Shown: positions 29,953 through 40,629, counted from the first letter of the stretch. The stretch: 64,000 bases of DNA from an uncultured Desulfobacter sp. (GCA_963665095.1 OY762069.1:3840001-3904000), one strand, 5' to 3'. Numbers and translations: made by a program. The notes: generated by a model not told the origin, from the sequence alone.

Positions 29953-32900
29953 GTGAGGAATATAACGATGATGAACAGGTTGAAGCTGAAAGCGGGTTGG
30001 GCAATTTTACTGCTGGTTTTATTTTTCTTTAGGGCACCGGCCGCGCGGGCCGCAGCCTATTCCGGGGGAGACGGCTCGGAAGCGTCACCTTACCAGATCG
30101 CAAACGCGGCCGACCTGATCACCCTTTCCCGGACCTCGGGTGACTGGGCCAAACATTTTATCCAGACGGCGGATATTGAGTTTGATGCAAATGAAGCATT
30201 AGTGGATTGGGATGCGGACGGGAATCCAGACGGCATAGACACTTCGGGGTTTACCCCCATTGGGAATGGAAGTAGCAACTTTACAGGCAGCTATGACGGC
30301 GACGGCCATACCATATCCAACCTGTTTATTGATATTGACGGAACCTCAAGTTCTGCCTATGTCGGCCTTTTCGGGTATGTTAATACCAGTGGGGAACTGA
30401 AGAGTATTGCTCTTATTAATGTGGACATTTCTTCTTCATCCTCTTCTGCTAATTCATATGCCGGAGGCCTTGCCGGGTATATTAGGGGTAACATAACGAA
30501 TAGTTATGCTACTGGCAGCGTTTTTTCCTCCTCTTCTTATAATTCATACGCCGGAGGCCTGGCTGGAAGTATTCATGGTGATATAATAAACGGCTATGCT
30601 ACTGGCAGCGTTTCTTCTTTTTCTTCTTCCTCTTATCGTTCACGTGCCGGAGGCCTTGCCGGGTATGCTGCCGGTGACATAACAAATAGTTATGCTACCG
30701 GCAGCATTTTCTCTTCTTCTTATAGTTCATATGCCGGAGGCCTGATTGGGGAGGGTGCTTCTGCAGATATAAAAAATAGTTATGCTAGTGGCAGCGTTTC
30801 TGCTTTTGCTTCGTATAATTCATATGCCGGAGGTCTTGCCGGGTATATTAGGGGTAACATAACGAATAGTTATGCTACTGGCAGCGTTTCTTCTTCCTCC
30901 TCTTCTTATAATTCATACGCCGGAGGCCTGGCTGGAAGTATTCATGGTGATATAATAAACGGCTATGCTACTGGCAGCGTTTCTTCTTTTTCTTCTTCCT
31001 CTTATCGTTCACGTGCCGGAGGCCTTGCCGGGTATGCTACCGGTGACATAACAAATAGTTATGCTACCGGCAGCATTTTCTCTTCTTCTTATAGTTCATA
31101 TGCCGGAGGCCTGATTGGGGAGGGTGCTTCTGCAGATATAAAAAATAGTTATGCTAGTGGCAGCGTTTCTGCTTTTGCTTCGTATAATTCATATGCCGGA
31201 GGTCTTGCCGGGTATATTAGGGGTAACATAACGAATAGTTATGCTACTGGCAGAGTTTTTTCTCTATCTTCTTCTGCTGCTTCATATGCCGGGGGCCTTG
31301 CCGGGATTACTTATTTTTGCAAAATGAAGAATTCATTTTATGATACGCAGACCACTAAAATGAACAGCCTCGGTACCCAAGGAAACGAAACAACTATTTC
31401 CAACTCCCAGGGACTCACAACCGATCAGTTCAAGAGCAGTCATCCAGATTTTACAACGTATTTCACCTGGAATATAAAGGATTCCCCGGATGATGATGCT
31501 CCCTGGGTGGCCCAGTTGGACAACTATCCCGAACTGTATTTTTCTCTTTCCACGTCCGCCCCGGGTGTCAGCACCGTGGCAGCGACTGACATAGATACGA
31601 CCACAGCGACTGCCATCGGACTCATAACGGATCTTGGCGACCCCGACCCCACTTCCTATGGTTTCTGCTGGAGCACCAGTACCGCCCCCACCATTGACAG
31701 CTGCGACGGCATCAGCAAAACCCAAGAGACCGTCACCGCAACCGGCAGCTTTTCCTCCGGTATTACCGGGCTGACCGAAAACACAACCTATTATATCCGG
31801 GCCTTTGCCACCAATGATGCCGGCACCGGCTACGGCAACAGTATTTCATTTACCACCTTAACAACAGATTCTGGAAACTCCGGGGATACAGATGACCTGG
31901 ATGTTGACCCGGAGCCGGATGATGACCCGGAGCCGGATGAGCAGCTGGCGGATGCCATTGATGATGCCCTGAATGCCATTGAGCAGTCCGGAAACGTTGT
32001 TGAATCGGCCATGGAAGCCCTGGACCTGGCCGTGGGACTGATCGCCTCAGGTGAGGTTGACCCGGATGATACCCTGGATGTTTTAACTTTGGCGGCCAGG
32101 GTGCTGGCTTACCTTGACACCCTGGCTGAAACCGATGCAGCAACGGTGCTGGCCATTCTTGCAAACGCCAATGAGATTGCAACGGCAGCTTTATCAGCCC
32201 ATGAAGCAGGACAAACGCTTACCAGCTATGAATTAACGCTGATTTTAAGACAATCCACTGCAGTTATAGAAAGCCTGGGGGCACTGGTGCAAACATTGGA
32301 TTTTGACGACCGGCTTGACATCCTTGACCAGGCAGGAACCCTTCTGGTGTCCGGCATTACAGCCGGCCTGGCTGCTTCGGATATGGATACCGACACCCTT
32401 TCCAGCCTGGTGGATACCATCAGCGATCTTATGACCGCCTGCATGTCCGGTACCGATGCAAAGGGGTGTGCACAACTCATTGACATGGCCAAAGATACCA
32501 TCCTCGGGGCGGTTGAGGCGGCCCTGGCCGCAGATGGCGGCAGTGGTGCGGGTCGGGATCTTGCCGGGGAGATTGCAAATGAAGTGCGGTTAATCTGTGA
32601 CGCTGTTTATGACTTTTTAACGGAAGAGGCGTCTGCCGGTTCGGCAGCCCTGTCCCGGAATCAGGCCCTTGCCGCCGGCAGTGTTGCAGCCATGGATTCA
32701 GAGGAGACAGATGAAAATCTCACCCTTTCCGATATCCGGGACCTCACCGGGGACATCGCGGAGATGCTCTCGCCATTCACTGAAAATGACCTGACGCTCA
32801 GCAATCGACTGGTCAGATCCGTTGTGGCCCTGCTGGATGAGCTTTATGAGGCCGGCATTGATCCGCTGGCCGAAACTTTGGGAATTGATACCAGCCAGGG

Positions 32901-33903
32901 CGCCATTGCCGGTGATCAGGCAGCCCTGATATCGGCTCTGGCCGATGCCCCGGGCCTTTTAGGGCAGCTGCTTGACGCCTTTGCCGCAACCATCGCCTGC
33001 AGTATTGACCGCCAGGATCTGGTACAGGCCCTTGAAGCAGTTTATACCGCCGAACTGGCAGCCGCCCTTGAAGGGGCGCTTCCGGCCCTGGTGGATTTTA
33101 ACCAGGTCCTTTTGACCCTGGACAGCCAGACGGTGATTGACACCGTTACCCGGGCACTTGGTCTGTATTACCCGGATGATGTTGTCTCGGTTACCGGAGA
33201 TCTTGACACCAGCCTGGCAATCAGTTTAGCCGGAGGGGACGGTTCAACCCTGGGGGAGATCCAGACAGTCATGGTCAGTGATGTGCGCCTGGTTCCCTCG
33301 GTTATCCCCGACGGCGTCTACATACTTGGTGATGATGACAGGCGCCTGCTTGTGTCTGCCCCCCTGGCCGTCACCATCGCCCCGGTGTTCTCCCATACCT
33401 GTGATGCCATGCTCGCCCTTCTGGACGATGATTATCCCGTTGCCCTGGAGACCGACGGCCGCTTCACCATTGCCTTTGATGAGGCAACAACCCTTTGCGC
33501 CATGACCGGATACGGCCTTAGCCAGGTGTCGGATGAAGACGGCAGCGGTATTTTATTCAAGGCGCAGGTGGATGACCCGGCATCTGCAACATACAAAATC
33601 GCCATCAATTACGCCGACAGCACCACCCAGGATATGGTTCCGGCAGTTCTGGATCTGGATATTTTAAAAAATTATCTCAACAGCCTGAATGTAACGTTTT
33701 CCATTGACCGGGACAGCGGCATCTTTACCCTTGGGGACGGATGTACCTACCGGCCCGGATTCTGGATCACCGCCCTCACCGAAGATGATCTGAGCTATTT
33801 TAATGAACACCAGGTATCTGGTGCGGCATTTAGGTTGGCCGGAAACAATATCCAATTTATCAGCGCCACCGGGAAACAGGTGTTTTATTTCCTGGAGGAG
33901 TAA
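29953..33903 (+). CDS. Large exported GLUG-repeat / FN3-like surface protein
   Basis: Signal peptide; YSGGDGSEASPYQIA start; repeated YAGGLAG...NSYATGSV modules; FN3-like TGLTENTTYYIRAFATN; acidic helical C-terminal half. Start may be 29968 or 29971. Confidence 0.85.
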   Translation: MRNITMMNRLKLKAGWAILLLVLFFFRAPAARAAAYSGGDGSEASPYQIANAADLITLSRTSGDWAKHFIQTADIEFDANEALVDWDADGNPDGIDTSGFTPIGNGSSNFTGSYDGDGHTISNLFIDIDGTSSSAYVGLFGYVNTSGELKSIALINVDISSSSSSANSYAGGLAGYIRGNITNSYATGSVFSSSSYNSYAGGLAGSIHGDIINGYATGSVSSFSSSSYRSRAGGLAGYAAGDITNSYATGSIFSSSYSSYAGGLIGEGASADIKNSYASGSVSAFASYNSYAGGLAGYIRGNITNSYATGSVSSSSSSYNSYAGGLAGSIHGDIINGYATGSVSSFSSSSYRSRAGGLAGYATGDITNSYATGSIFSSSYSSYAGGLIGEGASADIKNSYASGSVSAFASYNSYAGGLAGYIRGNITNSYATGRVFSLSSSAASYAGGLAGITYFCKMKNSFYDTQTTKMNSLGTQGNETTISNSQGLTTDQFKSSHPDFTTYFTWNIKDSPDDDAPWVAQLDNYPELYFSLSTSAPGVSTVAATDIDTTTATAIGLITDLGDPDPTSYGFCWSTSTAPTIDSCDGISKTQETVTATGSFSSGITGLTENTTYYIRAFATNDAGTGYGNSISFTTLTTDSGNSGDTDDLDVDPEPDDDPEPDEQLADAIDDALNAIEQSGNVVESAMEALDLAVGLIASGEVDPDDTLDVLTLAARVLAYLDTLAETDAATVLAILANANEIATAALSAHEAGQTLTSYELTLILRQSTAVIESLGALVQTLDFDDRLDILDQAGTLLVSGITAGLAASDMDTDTLSSLVDTISDLMTACMSGTDAKGCAQLIDMAKDTILGAVEAALAADGGSGAGRDLAGEIANEVRLICDAVYDFLTEEASAGSAALSRNQALAAGSVAAMDSEETDENLTLSDIRDLTGDIAEMLSPFTENDLTLSNRLVRSVVALLDELYEAGIDPLAETLGIDTSQGAIAGDQAALISALADAPGLLGQLLDAFAATIACSIDRQDLVQALEAVYTAELAAALEGALPALVDFNQVLLTLDSQTVIDTVTRALGLYYPDDVVSVTGDLDTSLAISLAGGDGSTLGEIQTVMVSDVRLVPSVIPDGVYILGDDDRRLLVSAPLAVTIAPVFSHTCDAMLALLDDDYPVALETDGRFTIAFDEATTLCAMTGYGLSQVSDEDGSGILFKAQVDDPASATYKIAINYADSTTQDMVPAVLDLDILKNYLNSLNVTFSIDRDSGIFTLGDGCTYRPGFWITALTEDDLSYFNEHQVSGAAFRLAGNNIQFISATGKQVFYFLEE
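30451..31255 (+). repeat. Near-identical tandem duplication (about 2.2 copies of a 366-369-bp unit)
   Basis: AATTCATATGCCGGAGG.CTTGCCGGGTATATTAGGGG recurs at 30451, 30817 and 31186; each unit holds four GLUG-type modules. Confidence 0.9.
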
Positions 33904-33935
33904 GGGTTTTGGAGAGGTACCATATTTTTTCCGAT

Positions 33936-34529
33936 CTAGGGTGCGGCATTGCCTTTAGCCTGTTCAATGAGGTCTGCGTTCTTCTCTTTTAATTCCGGGT
34001 AGCCGGCACAAAAGCTTCCGGATTTCTTTGCCAGTGATACGGCCTGCTGAAAATGGCCCTGAGCCAGCTGTGACCTGGCCATGAGATGCCATATCAAAGG
34101 GTCCCGGCCGTCTATATAAAGGGCCTGTTCCAGAGTGGCAAACGCCTTTTCCGGCTCTTTCCGGGCCAGCTGATCTTCGGCCTTTCTGATCATCCGGGTA
34201 AGCACCTTTGGCCGTTGACGGGGTTCGGGGCTCAGGGCTGCCATGGTCTGGCCGGATGCAGTGTCATCACTTCGGACAGTCCCGCCGATCCCAGGCACCG
34301 CAGGCCGGCTCTGGACGGGCAGATCAACTTGTGAATCCGCGTCCGGGCCCGGGGCGGAAAGATCTGCAGCAGGCTGTGGCGTCTGAACCGGGGCAGGCCC
34401 GCCAATCTGCGGCACGGATTCCGGTGGAACATGTCTGTCCGGAATGGTTAACACCTTTTTCTGCCCGCAGGCAGACAAGATAGATAGAGCCAGAATCATA
34501 GTCAGAAAACCAAGGCAGATACGTTTCAT
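33936..34529 (-). CDS. TPR-containing lipoprotein (LpoP-like PBP1B activator candidate)
   Basis: Lipobox LSAC, Pro-rich linker, TPR (ATLEQALYIDGRDPLIWHLMA); overlaps the mrcB stop. Confidence 0.7.
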   Translation of the reverse strand: MKRICLGFLTMILALSILSACGQKKVLTIPDRHVPPESVPQIGGPAPVQTPQPAADLSAPGPDADSQVDLPVQSRPAVPGIGGTVRSDDTASGQTMAALSPEPRQRPKVLTRMIRKAEDQLARKEPEKAFATLEQALYIDGRDPLIWHLMARSQLAQGHFQQAVSLAKKSGSFCAGYPELKEKNADLIEQAKGNAAP

Positions 34530-36883
34530 TTAAACAGATCCTTAAGCCAGTCGATGAGATACCGCGGCTTTTCATTTTTGTCTGGCAGGTTATTTTGCTC
34601 AAGCGCCGGTGCTGTTCCTGTGTCAACTTCCCCTGCACCCGCGTCCGGGATGACACCGGCAGCATCAGGAACAGGTTCCGGATCGGTCTCAGGCACAATA
34701 TCCGGAGGGGCCGAACCGCTGATAAAGGGAACAGCAAGGGCATTGTCCGCGTTTCTGTCCGTGCGAAGACCGGTTTGGGGATTGACCACGGCCCATTCAA
34801 TATTTTCAGGCTGGGTAACCACCAGGGGGGTATTTGAAATATGTGACATGATCCGGCCAAAAATCGGCAGGGCACCGGTGGCGCCTGTCAGCCCGGTGGA
34901 TCGGTTATCATCCCGGCCGACCCATACCACGGCCAGGTGATTCCCGGAAAATCCGGCAAACCAGGAATCCCGCAGGCCGTTGGTGGTGCCGGTTTTTCCG
35001 GCAATATTAAGATCCGGGGAGAGCCAGCGGCGCACCCCTTTCCCCGTACCCTCCTGCACCACCGCCTGAAGGGTTTTATTCACCAGGAACACGGCACCTG
35101 GTTCCAGGCGCTGCTCAATGCTTAAGGGATACCGGGCCAGCACCTCTCCGTCAGGTGTATACACGGCCCTGATGGCCCGGGCCGGGGTAAAAAAGCCGCC
35201 TGAAGAAAGGGTGTGATATACCTGGGCCACCTGTATTGGCGACATCTCAACACTGCCCAGAAGCATGGCCGGTACCAGGGGCGTTGAAACAGTAACCCCC
35301 AGACGGTCCATGTTGTCTGATACCGATTCCAGGCCAAGGGCCATGCCCAGCCTGACTGTGGAGGTATTATAGGAATGGACCAGGGCCTGGTACAGAGGGA
35401 TATCGCCATGATATTTCCGGTCATAGTTCCGGGGCTCCCACCAGGTACCATCAGAATTTTTCAGACGCACCGGCCCATCACTGATGGATGTGACCAGGGT
35501 ATATGACTCCGGCCTGGAAAGCGCCGTCAGATAGACCGCTGGTTTCACCAGGGAGCCAATGGGCCGCGTGGCATCCAGGGCACGGTTAAATCCGGCATCC
35601 CTGGGCTGCTTTCCCCCCACAAGGGCCTGGATTTCATTGGAGGCGCATGCTGTGACCACAGCACCGGCTTCAAGTGCTTTTTTCTCTGTTTTCATGAAAT
35701 CAGCCACCCCGTCTTCTGCTGCCAGCTGCACCAGGGGATCCAGGGGGGTAAAAATCCGTAACCCCATGGTTTTCAGATCCTCTTCCCGGTACTCTTTTAA
35801 CAGCCTGCGTTTAACCAGGTCCAGATAAAAGGGAAAGCGGACGTGACGGGGTGCCGGTATCACATGTAAGGGTGTAACAAGGGCCTTTTGAAGCTGGGAA
35901 GCTGAGATCAGGCCCTGGTCCGCCATAAGCCCGAGAACAGTGTCCCGCCGCTGCCGGGCCCGATCCGGATGCAGGCGGGGATTATAGTAGGACGGCCCCT
36001 TGAGCAGTCCCACCAGAAGGGCGGTCTCCCCGGGTGTTAAAAATTCCGGAAGCTTATCAAAATAAAACCGGGATGCCAGGCCAAACCCGTGGATGGCCCG
36101 GGGACCGTCCTGGCCCATGTAGACTTCATTGATGTAGGCATCAAGGATCTGATCTTTGGTATACTGGTATTCAATGGCCCCCGCCACAAAGGCTTCGCTC
36201 ACCTTGCGGCGCAGGGTCTTTTCAGAAGAGAGGAAAAAATTTTTTGCCAGCTGCTGGGTCAGGGTGCTGGCCCCCTGGGTGAACCGCATCTGGCGGATGT
36301 TAACGGCCATGGCCCGCACAATGGATTTAAAATCAATGCCGTAATGGGTATAAAAATTTCTGTCTTCCACGGCAACAATGGCACTTCTGAGCAGCTTGGG
36401 GATCTGTTCAGATGCCAGAAGGATGCGGTCTTCCATGGAAGAGGGATAGAACTGGCCGATGAGAACCGGGTCCAGCCGCACCATGTCATCGTCCCGGCCA
36501 CGGATTCTGAGCCAGGAGACCTGGTGGTCGGCCATGGTAAGTGCCACCCGGCAGGCAGGCCGCTGTTCATCCCCGAAATCAAAGGCCCGGCACATCAGGG
36601 TAAACTTTTCCCGGTACCGGGTGTATCGGCCTGGCGCTGTGAGTGCTGAGGCACCTGTCACTTTCCGGTACCCCAGTAATTCAAGTTCCTGCTCAAGACT
36701 ATCCGGTGACAGGGCCAGCCCCGGATAAAGGGATAACGGCCGGGCATAAACCTTGGCAGGCACCTGCCACAGCTGGCCCTTGAAACGCTCAGCCACCTGG
36801 CGGTTCACCTGGTATGCATAACCGAAAACGGCCACGCCGGCACAAAGAATCAACAGAATCACTATTCGTCTCAAAAATTTCAT
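34526..36883 (-). CDS. mrcB: Penicillin-binding protein 1B
   Basis: PAKVYARPL (UB2H entry), EDRNF, GASTLTQQ, SLVK, SYN, KTGT. Confidence 0.92.
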   Translation of the reverse strand: MKFLRRIVILLILCAGVAVFGYAYQVNRQVAERFKGQLWQVPAKVYARPLSLYPGLALSPDSLEQELELLGYRKVTGASALTAPGRYTRYREKFTLMCRAFDFGDEQRPACRVALTMADHQVSWLRIRGRDDDMVRLDPVLIGQFYPSSMEDRILLASEQIPKLLRSAIVAVEDRNFYTHYGIDFKSIVRAMAVNIRQMRFTQGASTLTQQLAKNFFLSSEKTLRRKVSEAFVAGAIEYQYTKDQILDAYINEVYMGQDGPRAIHGFGLASRFYFDKLPEFLTPGETALLVGLLKGPSYYNPRLHPDRARQRRDTVLGLMADQGLISASQLQKALVTPLHVIPAPRHVRFPFYLDLVKRRLLKEYREEDLKTMGLRIFTPLDPLVQLAAEDGVADFMKTEKKALEAGAVVTACASNEIQALVGGKQPRDAGFNRALDATRPIGSLVKPAVYLTALSRPESYTLVTSISDGPVRLKNSDGTWWEPRNYDRKYHGDIPLYQALVHSYNTSTVRLGMALGLESVSDNMDRLGVTVSTPLVPAMLLGSVEMSPIQVAQVYHTLSSGGFFTPARAIRAVYTPDGEVLARYPLSIEQRLEPGAVFLVNKTLQAVVQEGTGKGVRRWLSPDLNIAGKTGTTNGLRDSWFAGFSGNHLAVVWVGRDDNRSTGLTGATGALPIFGRIMSHISNTPLVVTQPENIEWAVVNPQTGLRTDRNADNALAVPFISGSAPPDIVPETDPEPVPDAAGVIPDAGAGEVDTGTAPALEQNNLPDKNEKPRYLIDWLKDLFK

Positions 36884-37134
36884 ATATATGCGGTATGGTT
36901 TTCCGGTGGGTTCATTATTGTTTTATCATTTTCGTTTTTTGGCAGAAGGGTACCACTGTTTGAAGATGGGAAAAAGTATTTGTTTCTGAATATATCCCTG
37001 GTGTTGAAGAACAGTGATACATTGTGCACCGGGAACTGACAGCAGATAACAAAGAATCAGGGGATTGGCAGGGACTTGAAAGGCAAATTGAAACCCCTTG
37101 GGAACCGATCAAAAAGATTTAGCAGATCCGGTGG

Positions 37135-38898
37135 TCAGGCGCCCCGGACAAGGGCCTCAGCTGCCATGGCCGCCTTAACAGCATTGGGTGCCCAGCCGTG
37201 GGCCCCGTACCGGATGGCTCTGTTTTCATCCACAGGGGCGCCGCCCACCATGATTTTAACCCGGGGATCAATCTCTTTCAGGGCATCAACAACTTTCGGG
37301 ATATTGCGCATGCTGGTACTCATCAAAGCAGATATTCCCACCAGTGTGGGGCGATACTCCCGGTAGGCTGCCACGAACTGCGCCGGGCTGACATCGGTGC
37401 CCAGATCACGAACCTGCCATCCGGCAGCCGTAAACATGGCAATTACAAGATTCTTGCCGATTTCATGAATATCCCCCTGAACCACGCCTATCAGCAGTGA
37501 GGCAGGTGTTTTCAACGGATCGGCTTCGGCCGCCAGAAAGGGCGTGACCACCTCCAGACCGGCGTAGAGGGTGTCGGCACATCTTAAAAGTTCGGGAATA
37601 AAATAAATATCAGAGGAAAACAACTCCCCGGCCGCTTCCATTCCGGCGGAGAGCCCATTTTCCACGGTTCTCACAGCCCCCACGCCATCATCCATGGCCT
37701 GCCGGCACAAGGTTTTGCACAGCACTGGCTGGAACTTAACCACGGCATTCCTGATCTGATCCAAAAGGGTGTTGTCAGGTGCGAGGACAGAATCCACCGA
37801 TATAGCAGGGGTATGTGGGTCCGGCGGCTGTGTATCGGTCTGGAAGCGCGTCCCGGATGAACAGGCAAGGCCCTTCTTCAGCGGGCTTGCATTCCTGTCA
37901 TGCCTGAATGACCGGGTGGTTTCAATCAGCGCTGTTAAGTTTTCCCTTGGCGTCTCCAGAACAAGGTCGCACCCTGTGGACATGAGAAAATTGGGATACC
38001 CTGCCACGGCCTCAAGCAGCCCCCGGGTTTCCCCGACCACGTCTCTGGCATCCATCTCAAGCATCACATCAATGGGATCAATATTGCCGAACACCACGAT
38101 ATCTTCGGGAATCTGCGGCATCAGGGAGGGAATGTCCATGACCTGGTCCAGGCTGATCCCCTGGAGGGGGCAGGTTAAAATTTCATCCAGCAGGTGGCTG
38201 GTATCTCCGCAGATGTGCATCACCGGCCAGGCATGAATCCCTTTAAATACAGAGTGTACCCCCGGCACCACAAAGGTTTTGAACTGGACCTTTGACAGAA
38301 TAATGGCCGTGGGTTCGGCAATGGAAATCAAAGCGGCACCGGCATTGGCTGCAGCATGGGCGTAGGCCCTGACCGTTTTGGCGGTAAAGGCCAGCAGTTC
38401 TTTGACAAAATCCGGATCTGTAATGATGAACCGGGCCAGATCCTCCACACCGGCCAGCTGGGCGGCCAGGGTGAAAGGCCCTTCCACACTCAGCGCAACA
38501 GGTTTATCACTGGCTTTGACCAACGCCCGGATGGACTCAATATTGGTGGTCATGCGGCTGCCGGCCAGGGGATCAGGCACAGACAGGGCAGCAAGCTTTT
38601 CCCGGCTTTTAATGGCATGGTCTGCCACAGCCGGAAAATCATAATCAAATTGTTTGATGGTAAGCCCCAGTGTCTCACTGCAGATAATACCGTCATCCAT
38701 GATGCCGGTGAAATCAGCGTTAAATGTACGTTCCATCTCTTTTGCCACAAGGAGCTGGGTCTTTTGGGACTCATAGATGTCATACAGTTTTTTCGGACAA
38801 AGCCCGAGGCTGACAAGCCCGGTCCAGGGCAGGCAGAGGCGGCGGTCAAAACTGGAAATATAGGATAACAGTGTTGGGTGCTGGCGTAGATCAATCAT
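37135..38898 (-). CDS. MtaA/CmuA (UroD-family) methyltransferase fused to a cobalamin-binding corrinoid domain
   Basis: GPFTLAAQL, HICGDT, GNIDP, STGCDL; then B12 cap and GDIHEIGKNLV...GISALM...VGGAP (DxHxxG). Confidence 0.88.
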   Translation of the reverse strand: MIDLRQHPTLLSYISSFDRRLCLPWTGLVSLGLCPKKLYDIYESQKTQLLVAKEMERTFNADFTGIMDDGIICSETLGLTIKQFDYDFPAVADHAIKSREKLAALSVPDPLAGSRMTTNIESIRALVKASDKPVALSVEGPFTLAAQLAGVEDLARFIITDPDFVKELLAFTAKTVRAYAHAAANAGAALISIAEPTAIILSKVQFKTFVVPGVHSVFKGIHAWPVMHICGDTSHLLDEILTCPLQGISLDQVMDIPSLMPQIPEDIVVFGNIDPIDVMLEMDARDVVGETRGLLEAVAGYPNFLMSTGCDLVLETPRENLTALIETTRSFRHDRNASPLKKGLACSSGTRFQTDTQPPDPHTPAISVDSVLAPDNTLLDQIRNAVVKFQPVLCKTLCRQAMDDGVGAVRTVENGLSAGMEAAGELFSSDIYFIPELLRCADTLYAGLEVVTPFLAAEADPLKTPASLLIGVVQGDIHEIGKNLVIAMFTAAGWQVRDLGTDVSPAQFVAAYREYRPTLVGISALMSTSMRNIPKVVDALKEIDPRVKIMVGGAPVDENRAIRYGAHGWAPNAVKAAMAAEALVRGA

Positions 38899-38901
38899 GG
38901 C

Positions 38902-39879
38902 TTACTCCCTTTTTTGTTGAAACACCACGGCATACACACAGACAGAGACCACAATGGTCAGGCCGTAAACCAGGCGGGTCCAGAAGCCGGACAACCCCAT
39001 GCTGATGATGCCGGCCTCAAGAATACCGATGATCACGGCACCGGCAAGGGTGCCGAAAATCGTCCCCGTGCCGCCAAATACCGATGTGCCGCCAATGAAA
39101 ATGGAGGCAAACACGATGAGCAGATACCCCTCTCCCTGGGTGGGCCACCAGTTGGCCATCTCCAGGCAGATCATCACGGCGGCCAGGGCGCTGACCGCCC
39201 CCATGGCCACAAAGAGCAGAATGCGGGTCCCCTGGGTATTGATGCCCATCATTTCAGCGGTTTTAATGTCGTCTCCGATGAACAGGACATTGTCCCCGAA
39301 CACGTGGCGATGCAGTATCAGCCAGGCAAAACCCGCCAGGCCCAGACACCACAGGGCCTGCACCGGTATGGTATCAAAAAGACGCCCCACCATCACCGGA
39401 TGCAGCCAGGTATCCCGGACCGCCACCAGGTTCAGCGCCAGACCCGAGGCCAGCACGGTGGTAAGCCCCCGCCAGAAGAACTGGGTGCCGATGGTGGCAA
39501 TGATGGATGGCACCCCGATCTTCACCACCACAATACCGTTGACCAGCCCCACAAAACAGCCGGCCGCAAGGGCAGCCCCAAGGGCCAGAAGGCAGGAGCC
39601 GGTATGGGTGAAACAGAAGGCAAAAATATACCCGGAAAATGCCATCACTGAAGGAAAGGAAAGATCCATCTCCCCTGCCACAATGAGATAGGTAAGGCCC
39701 AGGGCCAGGATGGCGGTAAAGGGGATGGTGGACATGAATGAAATATAGATCCGCAGGGAAAGAAAGGTTTTCGGGCTGAACACCATGAATACCAGCCAGA
39801 AAAAAACCAGCACCCCCAGAACGCCTGCCTGAAGCTTGTGGGTACCCAGAAACCGTGATATCCGCATCCTGATACTCAT
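38902..39879 (-). CDS. Sugar (CUT2) ABC transporter permease
   Basis: GEMDLS, IATIG, IGGTSVFGGTG motifs; multi-TM. Confidence 0.9.
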   Translation of the reverse strand: MSIRMRISRFLGTHKLQAGVLGVLVFFWLVFMVFSPKTFLSLRIYISFMSTIPFTAILALGLTYLIVAGEMDLSFPSVMAFSGYIFAFCFTHTGSCLLALGAALAAGCFVGLVNGIVVVKIGVPSIIATIGTQFFWRGLTTVLASGLALNLVAVRDTWLHPVMVGRLFDTIPVQALWCLGLAGFAWLILHRHVFGDNVLFIGDDIKTAEMMGINTQGTRILLFVAMGAVSALAAVMICLEMANWWPTQGEGYLLIVFASIFIGGTSVFGGTGTIFGTLAGAVIIGILEAGIISMGLSGFWTRLVYGLTIVVSVCVYAVVFQQKRE

Positions 39880-40622
39880 GAGGCAATCTCCACCAGGCGG
39901 TCGGTGAGGTCTTTCAGGCTCAGGTCCTTTCGCATATGGCTGCCGGCCACCCGGCCCCGTTCCAGCAGAAGAAACCTGTCCGCCGCCTGCCAGGCATGCC
40001 CGATATTATGGGTGATGAGAATCCCCGATTTGCCCTGGGCCTTGATCCCGCCGATAAATTCCATCACCTTTTTGACCTCTCTGACGGAAAGTGCGGTGGT
40101 GGGCTCATCCAGGATCAGAATGCTGGACTTGAAAAACAGGGCCCTGGCAATGGCAAGCCCCTGCTTTTCTCCGCCGGACAGGGTTTTGACCAGGGCATTT
40201 TCATCCAGGCCCACCCCATGAAGTCCCAAGTGATCTTGAAGAATCCTACGGGTATGCATCTTCTCTTTTTTAATATCAATGAACCCGAACCGGTTGGTAA
40301 GATGCCGCCCCATGAACACATTGCGCCACAGGAACTGTTTGGTGCCAACGCAGCTCTCCTGGTACACGGTTTCAATGCCAAGTTTTCGGGAGTGCTTGAC
40401 TGAATAGCGGCTGAAATCCACTGGCGTGTCATGGATACGCATCTGACCGGCATCAGGCCGGACCAGGCCGGAAATGATTTTAATCAGGGTGGACTTTCCC
40501 GCCCCGTTATCCCCAAGCAGCGCCAGGACCTCGCCCTGGGGCAGCTGGAGGTTGATATCATCCAGGGTCAGGGTATTGCCGAACCGTTTGGTGATCTGTC
40601 TAAGGTCAAGGGCATTGGGCAT
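39876..40622 (-). CDS. Sugar ABC transporter ATP-binding protein
   Basis: GDNGAGKST, LSGGEKQ, DEPTTAL; start placed at MPNAL. Confidence 0.92.
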   Translation of the reverse strand: MPNALDLRQITKRFGNTLTLDDINLQLPQGEVLALLGDNGAGKSTLIKIISGLVRPDAGQMRIHDTPVDFSRYSVKHSRKLGIETVYQESCVGTKQFLWRNVFMGRHLTNRFGFIDIKKEKMHTRRILQDHLGLHGVGLDENALVKTLSGGEKQGLAIARALFFKSSILILDEPTTALSVREVKKVMEFIGGIKAQGKSGILITHNIGHAWQAADRFLLLERGRVAGSHMRKDLSLKDLTDRLVEIAS

Positions 40623-40629
40623 GGATGGA

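Noticed and set aside
30451..31255. Duplicated segments as a DGR template/variable repeat pair
   Set aside because: They are tandem, in frame and nearly identical, with no adenine-specific variation and no adjacent RT.
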